Positions 41,836 to 53,101 of a DNA stretch of 64,000 nucleotides are shown here, in pieces. This DNA is from an uncultured Methanoregulaceae archaeon. GTDB lineage: Archaea > Halobacteriota > Methanomicrobia > Methanomicrobiales > Methanospirillaceae. Every line of letters starts with the position of its first letter. Within the stretch, counting starts at the first letter, position 1. The notes under the pieces are model-generated. The model did not search any database. It had not been told where the DNA came from and worked only from the letters and a program-made list of their open reading frames with translations. Location of the stretch: positions 1,888,001 through 1,952,000 of the forward strand of contig CAVTTL010000001.1 of the NCBI GenBank assembly GCA_963737635.1. The letters run 5' to 3'. The position numbers and the translations under genes are program-made.

Positions 41836-43304
41836 CTATACTGCATAAAATTGCCCGTGAAGGCCGGGAGGGATGTAAGCGGGAATTTCTGCTTCGGCAA
41901 TCTCCTGCAGGTTTCTGGCGTCCAGCACGAGAAGCCGGGTTACCCCCGCGCCCGGTTCCGATACCATGCTGAGCAGAACACCATCGTCTTCAGTAACCGC
42001 ACCAGGGCGCTCAACGAACACGGGTTCGGTCGGGTAACACCCTTCCCGTGACCATGTGCACGCATTTCCGGTCACCAGATCGGCTTTCACCAGCTGGTTC
42101 ACAAAGGGATTTTGTTTTTCATGGAGGAGCCCGGCGCCATAGACATACCTGTACTCGCAGAAGGTATAGTGCGGGTTGAACCGCGGGAGATCGAGAGGAC
42201 ATTCAGCGAGACGGCTTTCATTCGCTGTCTTCTTAACGAGGTCGAGCGTAACCCTGGTTAAGCGGCTGGTCTCCCTTGCATCGAGGCCATGGTTGCCGAG
42301 GCTGTCAAGGTAAAAGGAGCGGTTGATTGAGAAATCGTCAAAACGACAGAGATCGATTACGATAGTCTGATCGTCCGGCTGGAACGCATTTACGGTATGG
42401 AAGAAAAAGAATGCCGGACCGGTAATGGTCTGCACCTGCCCGGTCCGCCGGTCGCAGATGTGGTAGCGGTTCCCGATTTTCGGTTCCCAGTGGAAGTTTT
42501 CTATGTACGGCCGGTTGTAAAGCCGGGCGAAGATGAGTCCAAGCACATCAAGCTGCAATGGCTGTTCAATCACGATGACATAGTTCCTTGTCAGGGCGAT
42601 GCTGTGGAAGTAGACCGGCCGAGGAATGCGAATACTGCAGAGTACTTCGCGGTTCGGAGAGCCGCTCCGCAACCGGTACACGTACACGTTTCCCGTTCGT
42701 CCCGGAGGCTCAAGCACGTTGAAGATCTCGGCGGTCTCCGGGTCGACCGAGGGGTGGGCAGCGCTCAGCATAAACTTCGGGCCGAATACATCGGCAAAAC
42801 GGAAAGTCCCCTTGGTCGCGAGCGTTTCCGGGTCGAATTCGACCATGGTCGAAAAATCCGACAGCGCAAGCATGCTCGTTCCCAGCCGAAAGATATTGAC
42901 ATTGGTATTGTCGGGTGTTTTTTGCCGGAAGGCGCTGAAAAATTTTGTCAATGCGGATTCCCGGGATCCGGGAGCGTACCCCACTGCGGACCCAGCACTC
43001 TTCCAGCGGCCTTATCCCTGCGGAAGTCTTCGCTTTCGAGGAACCGGTTCCGGTACGTAACCCCTCCATCGTGTATCCTGAACCGGTGCAGGAGTGCATA
43101 ACCGTCGAACCAGTGGTTCATGATGCTGGTGCCGGCGCAGAACCGGGCCGGGCCGTTCCGCAGGAAGTTTCCCTTAAGCCATCCCGGAATGTCCCCCCTA
43201 ATGTTCAGTTCGATCGGTCCGGTCTCCTGCATCACTGATGCAAATATCCCTCCAGCCCGGGTCAGGCTTTCGCGATACGAGATTCTGCCGGTTCCGTTGT
43301 CCAT
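41836..43304 (-). CDS. Carotenoid oxygenase (CCD/RPE65 family) protein (frameshift near 42985)
   Basis: GDIPGWLKGNFLRNGP, HWFDG, NTNVN, AHP, YFHS, FHTVNAF, DLPRFN, EPVFV...EDDG, GLHG. Confidence 0.9.
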
Positions 43305-43491
43305 GAGACAATCTTGATCCTCACAAAACAGATAACCGTTTCGATGTGACCAAATGTATAACCGGATATGGTGAAATAAAAAATAGGTCCGTGAGGCTCT
43401 GATAAGTTGGCGGGTTCTGTTACGTCTATGGTTGATACGCAAATTCTTCCGAAGTGAAAAATCTGTCATCAACCGAAGATGCAACAGCACT

Positions 43492-43622
43492 GCTTTGCCG
43501 GGGTTCTCTTTTCGGTTCCCTTCACCAAATGGCAGTCACCCTCATTGAATTCAGCGACGACCTCCGCTGGATTAACACGTTGTTTGGCTTTGAGCATTTA
43601 TTTGAAAAGAAATAGATCGAAT
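43492..43622 (+). repeat. Direct repeat copy 2: degenerate duplicate of the AI-2E 3' end
   Basis: Aligns with 39067-39200 through the stop codon (gaaatagatcgaat). Confidence 0.9.
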
Positions 43623-43791
43623 AGTTTCGAACCGACTAGGTTGGATGTTTTCCTCGAAGGGCCGGCTCTACCTTTACCGCGAGATCTATATGAGGTTTCA
43701 ATCCTCGTTTTCCTGGATGTTTTCCTCGAAGTAAAAGACGGCACCGAAATATAGGGATGATACGGATAAATGTTCAATTCAAAAACAAGAA

Positions 43792-44143
43792 CGTGAGTGG
43801 GAGGAGTAAGCCTCCTTCTGTTCATGCGGCATTCAGCTCTGCGCCAAACCCGGGCGGATACCGAGCGATCCATTGCCCTGTTCTGGCTTGCACCCGCAGG
43901 GATTCGCCGTTTCATCGTATCCTGTTCCGTAAAAGCGCTCAGCGGGTTACTCGCGCGGACACGTCCGCACTTCTCGCCCCGAAGGGCTCAGCCGCATCAT
44001 AACTGGGAACAGGCCGTGTCGTTTCTGTGCCATTGCCGTGACTCTCGCCACCCATACTTGTGTATGGCTGCGTGCCCGGTGGGTGGGGGGACTTTCCTCA
44101 GCGGCCATCAAAGGCCACCGTCAGCCGCTCTCTCCCTCTCACG
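43792..44143 (-). ncRNA. rnpB: RNase P RNA (archaeal)
   Basis: Minus strand has GAGGAAAGUCC near the 5' end and AACAGAAGGAGGCUUA near the 3' end; the termini pair as P1 (cgtgagagggag/ctcccactcacg). Confidence 0.93.
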
Positions 44144-44261
44144 ACAACATATGCGCCAACGATCCTTAATAATGGCACAGATGGAAACAGGGACTCATCG
44201 GTCACGAGGCATAACTAATTAAACGCCTTCTGCAGAATGTGTCACACAAGAGGTACGTGTC

Positions 44262-44837
44262 ATGCAGCTCCTGACTCCTGATGAGGGTATCCTTGCTGTC
44301 CGGCTTGCCCGGGGGACCCTCGAATATACGATCGCGAAAAAACCGAAGCCCATGGTCCACCTGACCCCGGTCTTTGACGAAAAACGGGGTGTTTTCGTAA
44401 CCCTGACAAGAAACGGCCAGCTCCGGGGCTGCATTGGCTTTCCTTACCCCGTCATGCCTCTCGGGGATGCCATTGAAAATGCTGCGGTTGCAGCAGCCCT
44501 TGAAGATCCCCGTTTCCCTCAGGTAAGAAAAGACGAACTCGGCTCCCTTGACTTTGAAGTTACGGTTCTTACCCCTCCGGTTCCTCTCGAATGCGAACCG
44601 GAGGAGCGTCCCGCTCATATCGAAATCGGACGTCACGGTCTCATTGCCCGTGGTATGGGCACGAGCGGCCTTCTGCTCCCCCAGGTGGCGACTGAATATA
44701 ACTGGGATGCAAAAACGTTTCTCGATCACACCTGCGACAAGGCCGGGTTACCTAGTTCGTGCTGGACCCGGAAAAACGTGGAGATCCTCACGTTCGAAGG
44801 CCAGATATTCTGCGGCTCCTTTAAGGGATCGGTTTAA
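44262..44837 (+). CDS. AMMECR1-domain protein (TIGR00296 family)
   Basis: GVFVTL...LRGCIG, EDPRF, GRHGL, GLLLPQV. Confidence 0.92.
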   Translation: MQLLTPDEGILAVRLARGTLEYTIAKKPKPMVHLTPVFDEKRGVFVTLTRNGQLRGCIGFPYPVMPLGDAIENAAVAAALEDPRFPQVRKDELGSLDFEVTVLTPPVPLECEPEERPAHIEIGRHGLIARGMGTSGLLLPQVATEYNWDAKTFLDHTCDKAGLPSSCWTRKNVEILTFEGQIFCGSFKGSV

Positions 44838-44884
44838 CGTAAAGAGACCGCTAATCAACTAGGAACAGGAGCACTTTCGCAGGC

Positions 44885-46333
44885 ATGGCGATTACGTTCG
44901 AGAGTCTGGACAGCGATATTGCAGGACGCACCGGGAAACTGGGTGCCGGGAAAAAGGTAATACGGACACCGGCACTGCTCCCGGTTATCAACCCGCACCT
45001 GATGCTTGTTACCCCAAAAGAGCTCAGGGCCATGGGGGTCGAGGCACTGATCACCAACGCCTATATTTTTTCCCAGAGCCGGCAGTACAGTGAGCGGGTG
45101 AAGGAAGAAGGGCTCCATCGGTTGCTCGATTTCGATGGCCTGATCATGACCGACTCCGGCTCGTTCCAGCTCTCGGTCTATGGTGAAGTCTCAATAACCA
45201 ACGAGCAGACCCTTTCGTACCAGCGGGATATCGGCAGTGATATCTGGGTGCCGCTCGATATCCCCACCTCACCGGATGCGGACCGGATGACTGCCGAACG
45301 GGAACTCGCCATCACCATGGAACGGCTCAGGGAAGCAAAAGAACTCTTCGGGAATGATGCACCTCTTGCCGGGCCGGTGCAGGGTGGCATCTACCCGGAC
45401 CTCCGCGAACAGGCTGGGAAAGCGGTCGGCGATCTCGGCTTCTCGTTCTGCCCTATAGGTGCGGTTGTGCCGCTCATGGAAGCGTACCGGTACCGGGACC
45501 TCGTGGACGTCGTTATGGCCGCAAAACGCACGATCCCGCGTTCCGCATGCGTTCATCTCTTCGGTGCTGGTCACCCGGCCATGTTTGCGCTTGCCACCGC
45601 GATGGGCTGCGATCTCTTTGATTCTGCGGCGTACGCTTTGTATGCGAAAGAAGGGCGGTACCTTACTACGCACGGGAGTTTTAAGATCGATGAACTGAGC
45701 GATCTTCCGTGTGCATGCGCAGTCTGCCGCAGCCACACCGCTGGAGAGCTGCGCACTGCACCGGACCGCACCCGGCTTTTAGCACTTCATAATCTTGCGG
45801 TAACTCTTGCCGAAATTTCACGGATCCGGCAGGCAATCACGGATGGGACACTGTGGGAACTGGTCGATGACCGGTGCCGGAACCACCCGCAGCTTCTTTC
45901 CGGATATTGGGAACTTCTGGGGCACAACGCGGAACTCGAACCCTTTGACCGGGCCTCCAAACGCCGGTTCTTTTACCGGGGCGATGAGAACTGTGCCCGC
46001 ACCGAGGTCCTGAGGTACCAGCGGCAGCTGGCCCGGTTACGTCTTGGGGAGAACGTGCTGGTTGCCTGTGATGCCGGGCACCGTGAGGGTTACGACGATG
46101 TGCTCTTTTTCAAACCACCATTCGGGCCATACCCTGTTGAGTTAAAGGAGACTTTTCCCATCGGCCCGACCGAGATTCCCCCGTGGAATGCCGCGATGGT
46201 GCGGCAGGGGTGCCTGGGCATCAGGATGCTTGCCGAAAGTCATAAAGAATGCAGGATCCAAGTGGCAGGACTCGGCAACTGGACTAAGATCTTCTACGAA
46301 GAAGTAGGGGATGCTGCGGAGCTGATCGATTGA
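44885..46333 (+). CDS. tgtA: Archaeosine tRNA-guanine(15) transglycosylase
   Basis: [34 protein letters not shown], CxCxxC, HNL. Confidence 0.93.
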   Translation: MAITFESLDSDIAGRTGKLGAGKKVIRTPALLPVINPHLMLVTPKELRAMGVEALITNAYIFSQSRQYSERVKEEGLHRLLDFDGLIMTDSGSFQLSVYGEVSITNEQTLSYQRDIGSDIWVPLDIPTSPDADRMTAERELAITMERLREAKELFGNDAPLAGPVQGGIYPDLREQAGKAVGDLGFSFCPIGAVVPLMEAYRYRDLVDVVMAAKRTIPRSACVHLFGAGHPAMFALATAMGCDLFDSAAYALYAKEGRYLTTHGSFKIDELSDLPCACAVCRSHTAGELRTAPDRTRLLALHNLAVTLAEISRIRQAITDGTLWELVDDRCRNHPQLLSGYWELLGHNAELEPFDRASKRRFFYRGDENCARTEVLRYQRQLARLRLGENVLVACDAGHREGYDDVLFFKPPFGPYPVELKETFPIGPTEIPPWNAAMVRQGCLGIRMLAESHKECRIQVAGLGNWTKIFYEEVGDAAELID

Positions 46334-47971
46334 TCCGGTTTGACATCAAAAAGAGGGATGGCTTGGCCCGGACAGGTCTCATGAGCGGCGACGAAGTACC
46401 GGGGGCACCGGTACCTTTCCCGGCCGTGATCGATATAGAATCACTCTTTCCTGCGCTTGCATCACGGGGTTGTACCAATGTCCCTCTTTCTGCGCCGCCG
46501 GAGTTTGCAAAGACCTACGTTCCCACGGGAGCTGGCATGCCGGTCACCATCCATCCGGCTCTTGAGAACCCTGCTATAAGCGGGGATGTGGTCATGGCAG
46601 CCAACTGGTACACAGCGCTTGCCAACCCCCGGCAGTATGTCGCATGGTTCAAGGCGCTCAGGGAAAAGACACCGCCCGATACCCTCTGGTATGCGCCGGC
46701 CGCAACGCTGCCTTCAACGGTCCACATCCTCTGTTATACCGGTTTTGGCCTCTTTGATTACACCGGTGTTGATCTCAAATCCGCACAGGGACTTTTCTGC
46801 ACACCAGAAGGTGAGTTCCCGGCCGATGCATGGGACAAAGGCATCTGCAGCTGTGAAGGCTGCAGGAACGGGGACCTGAAACTGCATAACCGGCATGCCT
46901 TGGAGCACGAGATTGCGCTCGTCCGGTATTTTATCGGACAATCCAAACTCCGGGAACTCGTCGAGGCCCGGTGCCGGATGAATGCAAACCACGTCGCTAT
47001 CATGCGCCATTTCGATGCAGATTACGCGTGGTCGGAACTCTATGCACCTGTTGCCCGCAGTGGTGTAATGCGGGCAAACTCCGGGGAATCGATGCAGCGG
47101 GTTGAGGTGCGCAGGTTTGCGGAACGGCTCCTTACCCGGTACCGGCCGCCCAAGGCAACCGTCGCGGTCCTCCTGCCCTGCTCGGCAAAAAAACCGTATT
47201 CGCTCTCGCAGAGCCATCGCCGGTTCCAGGAGGCAATCGCCGGCCGGGCCCATGAGCTGATCATCACCTCCCCGCTCGGTCTTGTCCCTCGCGAACTCGA
47301 ATGCGTGTACCCGGCGATGCACTATGATGTCCCGGTTACCGGTTACTGGGATGCTGAAGAATGTGCGTATATCTCGAACGTTGTCGCCCGGTACTTTTCA
47401 TTGCATGCATACGATCGCGTGATCGCCCATCTTGAGGGCGGTGCGCTGAAAGTTGCGGAGATGGCGGCAGCAACCTGCGGGATCACACTCGAGCATTCCT
47501 GCAGGGACCACCCTGCTGCTGACGCAGCTCTTGCGCAGCTCAGCCAGGCCCTCAATTGCGAACGCAAAGTCAAGGATGACCGGCTCCACGGGATGCTTTC
47601 GTATCAGTTCGGCTGCGAGGCAGACACAAAAGGCATGCTTTCCCGGGGCCATTTCCCCGAACTGTTTTACACACGGAACAACCAGCAGACTCTTCTCGAT
47701 CGATACTGGCACCGGCCTGTTACGCCCCACCTTCGAGGGATGGGACCTTATCCCTCAGGGCTACCGGGTTACGATCAGCGATTTCATTCCCGAAGGCGAT
47801 GTGCTTGTCCCGGGCGTTGCAGAGGCCGATCCCGCTATCCGCGAAGGTGACGAAGTACTCGTTGTCGGGCCAAAGGCATACGCCACCGGAAGAGCGGCAA
47901 TGTCCGCAGCGGAGATGAAAGGGTCCAAACGCGGCGTGGCCGTTCGTGTGCGTAAAATAAAGAAGTTGTAG
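46330..47971 (+). CDS. arcS: Archaeosine synthase ArcS with C-terminal PUA domain (frameshift near 47690)
   Basis: [45 protein letters not shown]; PUA-like tail IREGDEV...GRA; downstream of tgtA. Confidence 0.88.
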
Positions 47972-48051
47972 GTTTCACATTTTAGGATACAATTGCAGAG
48001 TATCTATGGAGTGAAGTACTTGTTTTATGGTTATGCGAACGGACGGGCCCG

Positions 48052-49203
48052 GTGGGAAATGTGACGTCCCCCATCGTGATTGCCGTCCCAAAAGAGCTCA
48101 CGCCCGGAGAACAGCGGGTGGCGACAGTGCCGGAAGTAATCCGGAATCTTATCAAATGGGGATGCGATGTACGGGTCGAGCACGATGCCGGGGCAGGAGC
48201 CTATTACCCGGACAGCGGTTTTGCAGCAGCAGGTGCAAACGTTGTTGAAAGAGCCGGGCTCTTCGGTGGTGCCCGGATAGTGCTGCGGGTCCAGCCGCCG
48301 ACCGTTGCCGATATCGAAAACCTTACCGAAGGTACCATTATAGTCGGGTTCATGAACGCGGCAAACAACCTTGACGCTATCAGGAAGATGCGCGACCGGA
48401 AGATCACCGCCTTCTCTCTTGAACTCGTGCCCCGGATCTCCCGCGCCCAGAGTATGGATGCGCTCAGCTCGCAGGCAACGGCAGGCGGGTATGTCGCGGT
48501 TATCCTCGGGGCCGAAAACTGCCCGAAATTCCTCCCGATGCTGACTACCGCCGCGGGCACGATACGCCCTTCAAGGGTTCTTATACTGGGTGCCGGTATC
48601 GCAGGGCTCATGGCCATTGCAACGGCAAAGCGGCTGGGGGCCCTTGTCGAGGCGTACGATGTCCGGCGCGCTGCCGGCGAGCAGGTTAGGAGCCTCGGTG
48701 CAAAGTTCCTCGAACTCGAGATCAATGCCGAGGGACAAGGGGGATACGCCCGGGAGCTCACGGCAGAGGAGAAGGTAAAGGAGCAGGAAATGGTCTCGGC
48801 TGCGGTCGCACGGGCAGATATTATTATTACAACGGCGGCTATTCCCGGCCGTAAGGCGCCCGTTCTGATCACCAAAGAGACGGTTGCGACGATGCAGCCG
48901 GGTGCGGTCATCATCGACATGGCCGCTGAATCCGGTGGTAACTGTGAGCTGACAAGGGCAGGTAAGACCGTCCGGGAGCACGGCGTTACGATTATCGGCC
49001 CGCAGAACCTCCCGGCCCGGGTCCCGTTCCACGCAAGCCAGATGTACGCGAAGAACCTGCAATCATTCCTTTCGCTCCTCATCAACGAGAACGGCGCTCT
49101 CGTGACCGAATTCACCGACGAGATCCTGGCCGCAAGCCTGCTTGTCCATGACGGGACGGTGCGGCACCAGCCAACGCGCGATCTCCTGGAGGCAAAACCA
49201 TGA
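48052..49203 (+). CDS. pntA: NAD(P) transhydrogenase alpha subunit part 1 (dI)
   Basis: VPKE...GEQRVA, RISRAQSMDALSSQ, GAGIAGL, GGYA, GGNCE, SQMYAKN. Confidence 0.93.
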   Translation: MGNVTSPIVIAVPKELTPGEQRVATVPEVIRNLIKWGCDVRVEHDAGAGAYYPDSGFAAAGANVVERAGLFGGARIVLRVQPPTVADIENLTEGTIIVGFMNAANNLDAIRKMRDRKITAFSLELVPRISRAQSMDALSSQATAGGYVAVILGAENCPKFLPMLTTAAGTIRPSRVLILGAGIAGLMAIATAKRLGALVEAYDVRRAAGEQVRSLGAKFLELEINAEGQGGYARELTAEEKVKEQEMVSAAVARADIIITTAAIPGRKAPVLITKETVATMQPGAVIIDMAAESGGNCELTRAGKTVREHGVTIIGPQNLPARVPFHASQMYAKNLQSFLSLLINENGALVTEFTDEILAASLLVHDGTVRHQPTRDLLEAKP

Positions 49204-49511
49204 TAGATATAACCACGTTCTGGACGGCGATCTATATCGCGATGCTTGCTGCTTTCACCGGCTATGTTGTCATCAGCCGGGTTCCGGTTATCCTCCACAC
49301 GCCGCTGATGAGCGGTTCAAACTTTATCCACGGGATCGTGCTTGTCGGCGCCATGGTTGCTCTGGGCCTTGCCACAACGCCGCTCGAACAGGCTATAGGG
49401 TTTATCGCGGTGATCCTTGGTGCTGCAAACGTCACCGGCGGCTACGTTGTCACGGAGCGTATTCTCCAGATGTTTGACCGTAGCGGCAAGAAGCCAAAGA
49501 AGGAGGCATAA
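49200..49511 (+). CDS. NAD(P) transhydrogenase alpha subunit part 2 (membrane)
   Basis: LHTPLMSGSNFIHGI; NVTGGYVVTERILQMF. Confidence 0.92.
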   Translation: MIDITTFWTAIYIAMLAAFTGYVVISRVPVILHTPLMSGSNFIHGIVLVGAMVALGLATTPLEQAIGFIAVILGAANVTGGYVVTERILQMFDRSGKKPKKEA

Positions 49512-49512
49512 G

Positions 49513-50895
49513 ATGATCGACTTTTCCGTGATCATCAATCTGGTCTATATCGCGACGATCTTCTTCTTTATCGTCGGCATGTACCGGATGAGCCACCCGC
49601 TTACAGCCCGCAGCGGGATTGTCTGGGCCGGGGCCGCGATGCTGATCGCGACGCTCGTTACGTTCCTGACCCCGAACCTCACCAATTTTGCGCTGATGGC
49701 AATAGGAATCGTCATCGGCGGCGGTTTTGGCTATATCGCAGCAAAGCGCGTCGCGATGACCGGCATGCCCCAGATGGTAGCGCTCTTTAATGGTATGGGT
49801 GGCGGCGCGGCAGCCGGGATCTCGGCTGTTGAGCTCCTCGGCACCATCAACGCTACAAGTTCCCTTGCCGTTATCGGCGGTATTATCGGTGCCGTATCAT
49901 TTGCAGGCAGCATTATCGCGTTTTCAAAGCTTCAGGGCTGGATGAAATCGCGGCCGATCACCTTCCCGGGCCAGCAGATCGTAAACACGACAGTCCTTGT
50001 GCTCGCGGTTCTTTCCGGGGCGTTCATCGTCCTGAACCCGGTATGGATCCCTATCAGTATTGCCATGTACCTTCCGCTGTTCTTTGTCCTCTCGCTGGTC
50101 TTTGGGGTTCTCATGACCCTTCCAATTGGCGGCGCTGATATGCCGGTCGTAATCTCGATGTACAACGCCTTCACGGGCCTTGCCGTCGCTCTTGACGGTT
50201 TCTCGTTTGCCACTCCCAACTACGCAATGGTCATCGCCGGTATCATTGTCGGCGCGGCAGGTTCGCTCCTGACCCTCCAGATGGCAAAGGCGATGAACCG
50301 CTCTATTGCCAACGTCTTCTTCGGCGCATTTGGTGCGACCGAAGAAAGCGGCGTGCAGATCCAGGGCAGCATGAAGCCGATCGAAGCCGATGATGTCGCC
50401 GTGATGCTTGCGTACGCAAATAAGGTGATCATCGCCCCCGGCTACGGCATGGCAGTCGCCCAGGCCCAGCAAAAAGTCGAGGAGCTTACCGATCTGCTCG
50501 AAGACAGGGACATCCCGGTGAAGTTTGCGATCCACCCGGTTGCGGGAAGAATGCCAGGACATATGAACGTCCTCTTGGCTGAGGCAGGCGTTGCCTACGA
50601 CCACCTCTTCGACCGGGACGAGATCAACCCGGAATTCCCCGGTACTGACGTCGTCCTTGTTATCGGGGCAAATGACACGGTGAACCCGGCAGCGCACCGG
50701 CAGGGAAGCCCGCTCTACGGCATGCCCATTCTCGATGTCGAACAGGCAAAGAACGTTATTGTTCTCAAACGGGGTCAGGGAAAGGGTTTTGCCGGAATAG
50801 AAAACGATCTGTTCTACCGGGACAACACGCGGATGCTCTATGGCGACGCCCAGGAGACCGTCGGGAAAGTCGTGCAGGCTCTCAAGAAACTGTAA
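49513..50895 (+). CDS. pntB: NAD(P) transhydrogenase beta subunit
   Basis: MPQMVALFNG, IGGADMPVVIS, PGYGMAVAQAQ, HPVAGRMPGHMNVLLAEA, GANDTVNP. Confidence 0.95.
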   Translation: MIDFSVIINLVYIATIFFFIVGMYRMSHPLTARSGIVWAGAAMLIATLVTFLTPNLTNFALMAIGIVIGGGFGYIAAKRVAMTGMPQMVALFNGMGGGAAAGISAVELLGTINATSSLAVIGGIIGAVSFAGSIIAFSKLQGWMKSRPITFPGQQIVNTTVLVLAVLSGAFIVLNPVWIPISIAMYLPLFFVLSLVFGVLMTLPIGGADMPVVISMYNAFTGLAVALDGFSFATPNYAMVIAGIIVGAAGSLLTLQMAKAMNRSIANVFFGAFGATEESGVQIQGSMKPIEADDVAVMLAYANKVIIAPGYGMAVAQAQQKVEELTDLLEDRDIPVKFAIHPVAGRMPGHMNVLLAEAGVAYDHLFDRDEINPEFPGTDVVLVIGANDTVNPAAHRQGSPLYGMPILDVEQAKNVIVLKRGQGKGFAGIENDLFYRDNTRMLYGDAQETVGKVVQALKKL

Positions 50896-51043
50896 GGCAC
50901 CAATCGGTTGCTCAGGTTACAAAAACCGTCCCTTTTTTGAGTTCCTATCTAATAAATGTTAAAACAAATACGACTCCTTCCACCACATTTAAGAACAAAT
51001 ATCGCTAAAATGTAGAGAAAAACAGTACGAGGAGTGTATAAAA

Positions 51044-51315
51044 ATGGACTTTGGAAATCTCGGCGGTCTTGGCGGCTCGCTTGTCGGTTTTATCGCCACA
51101 CCTGAAGGTCAGGCAGCAGTAAAGAATTTTCTTGCAACGCCGGATGGAACAAACCTGCTTAAGACTTTTGCGACATCAGCCCAGGGCCAGCAGGTCATCA
51201 TGAGCATCCTCCCGGAGGTATCGACTCGATGAACCTGCCCGGGCCGGTCAAAGATATGATTAAAAGTGCTCTTCCGGCAGGCGGCAGCAGCACCACCACA
51301 CCTACCTCACAGTAG
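51044..51315 (+). CDS. Small hypothetical protein (probable frameshift near 51220)
   Basis: Upstream GAGGAG; repeated F.ATP.G units; followed by a T-tract. Confidence 0.5.
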
Positions 51316-51458
51316 AGGTGTCCCTTTTTTCTTTTGCACGCACGAGTGCTCACTTTACGACGTTTCAGATCTCCACATTGACCGGCTGACCGGTGATCTT
51401 ATATTGTAGCCGGTTAGATTGTGTACCAAAGATAGACGGGGGAATTTTTATCGATGAT

Positions 51459-52172
51459 GTGATTCCGATCCCTGACGGCCAGGTAGCACGCAAACAACTG
51501 CATTTTTTCTGGCTTGCTGACTGCTCCGACTCGATGAGGGGAAAGAAGATTGCAACCCTTAACCAAGCTATCCGGGAGGCATTGCCTGAAATTCAGAAAG
51601 CAGTCGCCGCATACCCACAAGTTGATATCCGGATGCGGGCAATAAAATTCTCCAACGATGCGGCATGGCACGTCGGCCCGGACCCAGTCCCGTTAAGTGA
51701 ATTTACCTGGCCCGAGCTGGAAACCAGCGGCCTGACTGCGACCGCAAAAGCTATCAGGCTTCTGACCGAAGAACTCAGCATCGAGCGCATGCCTCGCCGG
51801 GGACTCCCGCCGGTCTGCATCCTTATCTCTGATGGTTTCTGCACCGATCCCCGGGAAGAATATGACGCCGCTATTGCAGAACTCGGGAAGATCCCGTGGG
51901 GTATCAAAGCGGTCAGGCTTGCCATTGCTATCGGCGATGAATCCGATTACAATGCACCCGAACTGCTCAAGTTCACCAATCAGGAATCAGTCGGCCTTCT
52001 CAAGGCACATTCCCCCGAGGAACTGGTCGCGTATATCAAGTGGGCTTCGGTCAGTGCATCGGTTGCATCCTCCCGGGGACGGAGCCGGGGCGTTCCGGCC
52101 GGGGACGATATATCCAATGTTGCCCTCGATTCCCCGCCGCAGATGATTACTTCCAACACCGATCTGTTCTAG
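51459..52172 (+). CDS. TerY/YegL-like von Willebrand A domain protein
   Basis: MIDAS DCSDS...T...SDG; KIATLN.A; RLAIAIG. Confidence 0.85.
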   Translation: MIPIPDGQVARKQLHFFWLADCSDSMRGKKIATLNQAIREALPEIQKAVAAYPQVDIRMRAIKFSNDAAWHVGPDPVPLSEFTWPELETSGLTATAKAIRLLTEELSIERMPRRGLPPVCILISDGFCTDPREEYDAAIAELGKIPWGIKAVRLAIAIGDESDYNAPELLKFTNQESVGLLKAHSPEELVAYIKWASVSASVASSRGRSRGVPAGDDISNVALDSPPQMITSNTDLF

Positions 52173-52179
52173 CACGATC

Positions 52180-53097
52180 ATGCCTTTGCCGGAAGAGTTC
52201 TCCTGTACCTGCGATACCGGCCTTGGCTGGGCATTCGGGTGCAGCAGGACCGGCGCAGCGCACCTTCGGGCTGGCCGGCCCTGCGAAGACGCGTACACGC
52301 TCTGGAGCGGATCTGCCGGGGCTGAGCCCTGCATTGCATGTGCTGTCGCTGACGGCCATGGCGACCCCCGCCACGACCGGAGCAGGACCGGTGCTGCGCT
52401 TGCGGTGGACGCTGCCATCGGTGAACTGGTCGCCTTCCACCGGTCCTATGCTGACGGGAATATCCCCCGGCAGCAGTTCCGTGCCGGTTTCAAGACCGAT
52501 TTTCCCCGCCTTGTCACCCGGCGCTGGCGGGAGCTGGTCATTCGGGACGTTAACCGGCAGGAAAATATACCTTTTTCGAGCCAGCAGGCACCCGGGACAG
52601 AACAGGTATTCACCCGGTACGGGACGACACTCCTCGCCGCACTCGTCGTCAATGATGGTATACTTCTTGGCCAGATCGGCGACGGCGACCTCCTGCTGGT
52701 AAGGCCCGGCGGCAGTATCGAGGCCCCTCTGCCCCGGGACCCGGTTATAGCAGGAAATGAGACGCATTCGCTCTCGTCTGCAGACGCCCACCTGCTCTGG
52801 CGGACGGCAACCATTGACCGGGAGGATGGAGGTATCCTTCTCGGGGCAACCGACGGCATCTCTGATTCATTCAATGGATCCGAGAGCGAGGAATTTTCTG
52901 TCTTTGTCCGTAGTCTTGCCGATCGCATCCGCACCTACGGTACCGAAGCTGTTGCCGCGGCTATGGGCGGATGGCTCGACCGTTTCTCGGCGATTGCAAG
53001 CGGCGACGATATGACGCTTGTCTGGGCCTGTATCAGACCAGAAGACCTATGGCAAAAGGATAAAGGTACACTTCTGGATCCAGAGAAGGGGTGGTAA
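52180..53097 (+). CDS. PP2C-type phosphatase (PphC/YegK-like)
   Basis: G.AH...PCEDA, AVADGHG, YGTTLL, QIGDG, ATDG, SGDDMT. Confidence 0.88.
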   Translation: MPLPEEFSCTCDTGLGWAFGCSRTGAAHLRAGRPCEDAYTLWSGSAGAEPCIACAVADGHGDPRHDRSRTGAALAVDAAIGELVAFHRSYADGNIPRQQFRAGFKTDFPRLVTRRWRELVIRDVNRQENIPFSSQQAPGTEQVFTRYGTTLLAALVVNDGILLGQIGDGDLLLVRPGGSIEAPLPRDPVIAGNETHSLSSADAHLLWRTATIDREDGGILLGATDGISDSFNGSESEEFSVFVRSLADRIRTYGTEAVAAAMGGWLDRFSAIASGDDMTLVWACIRPEDLWQKDKGTLLDPEKGW

Positions 53098-53101
53098 GCT
53101 T

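Noticed and set aside
43757-44222. ORFs 43757-44002, 43797-44222 and 43598-43915
   Set aside because: They overlap the RNase P RNA and have no protein motifs.
48204-49298. Long antisense ORFs (also 33519-34601, 35865-36782, 40375-41259, 53441-54463)
   Set aside because: Shadow frames of well-supported genes on the opposite strand in GC-rich DNA.
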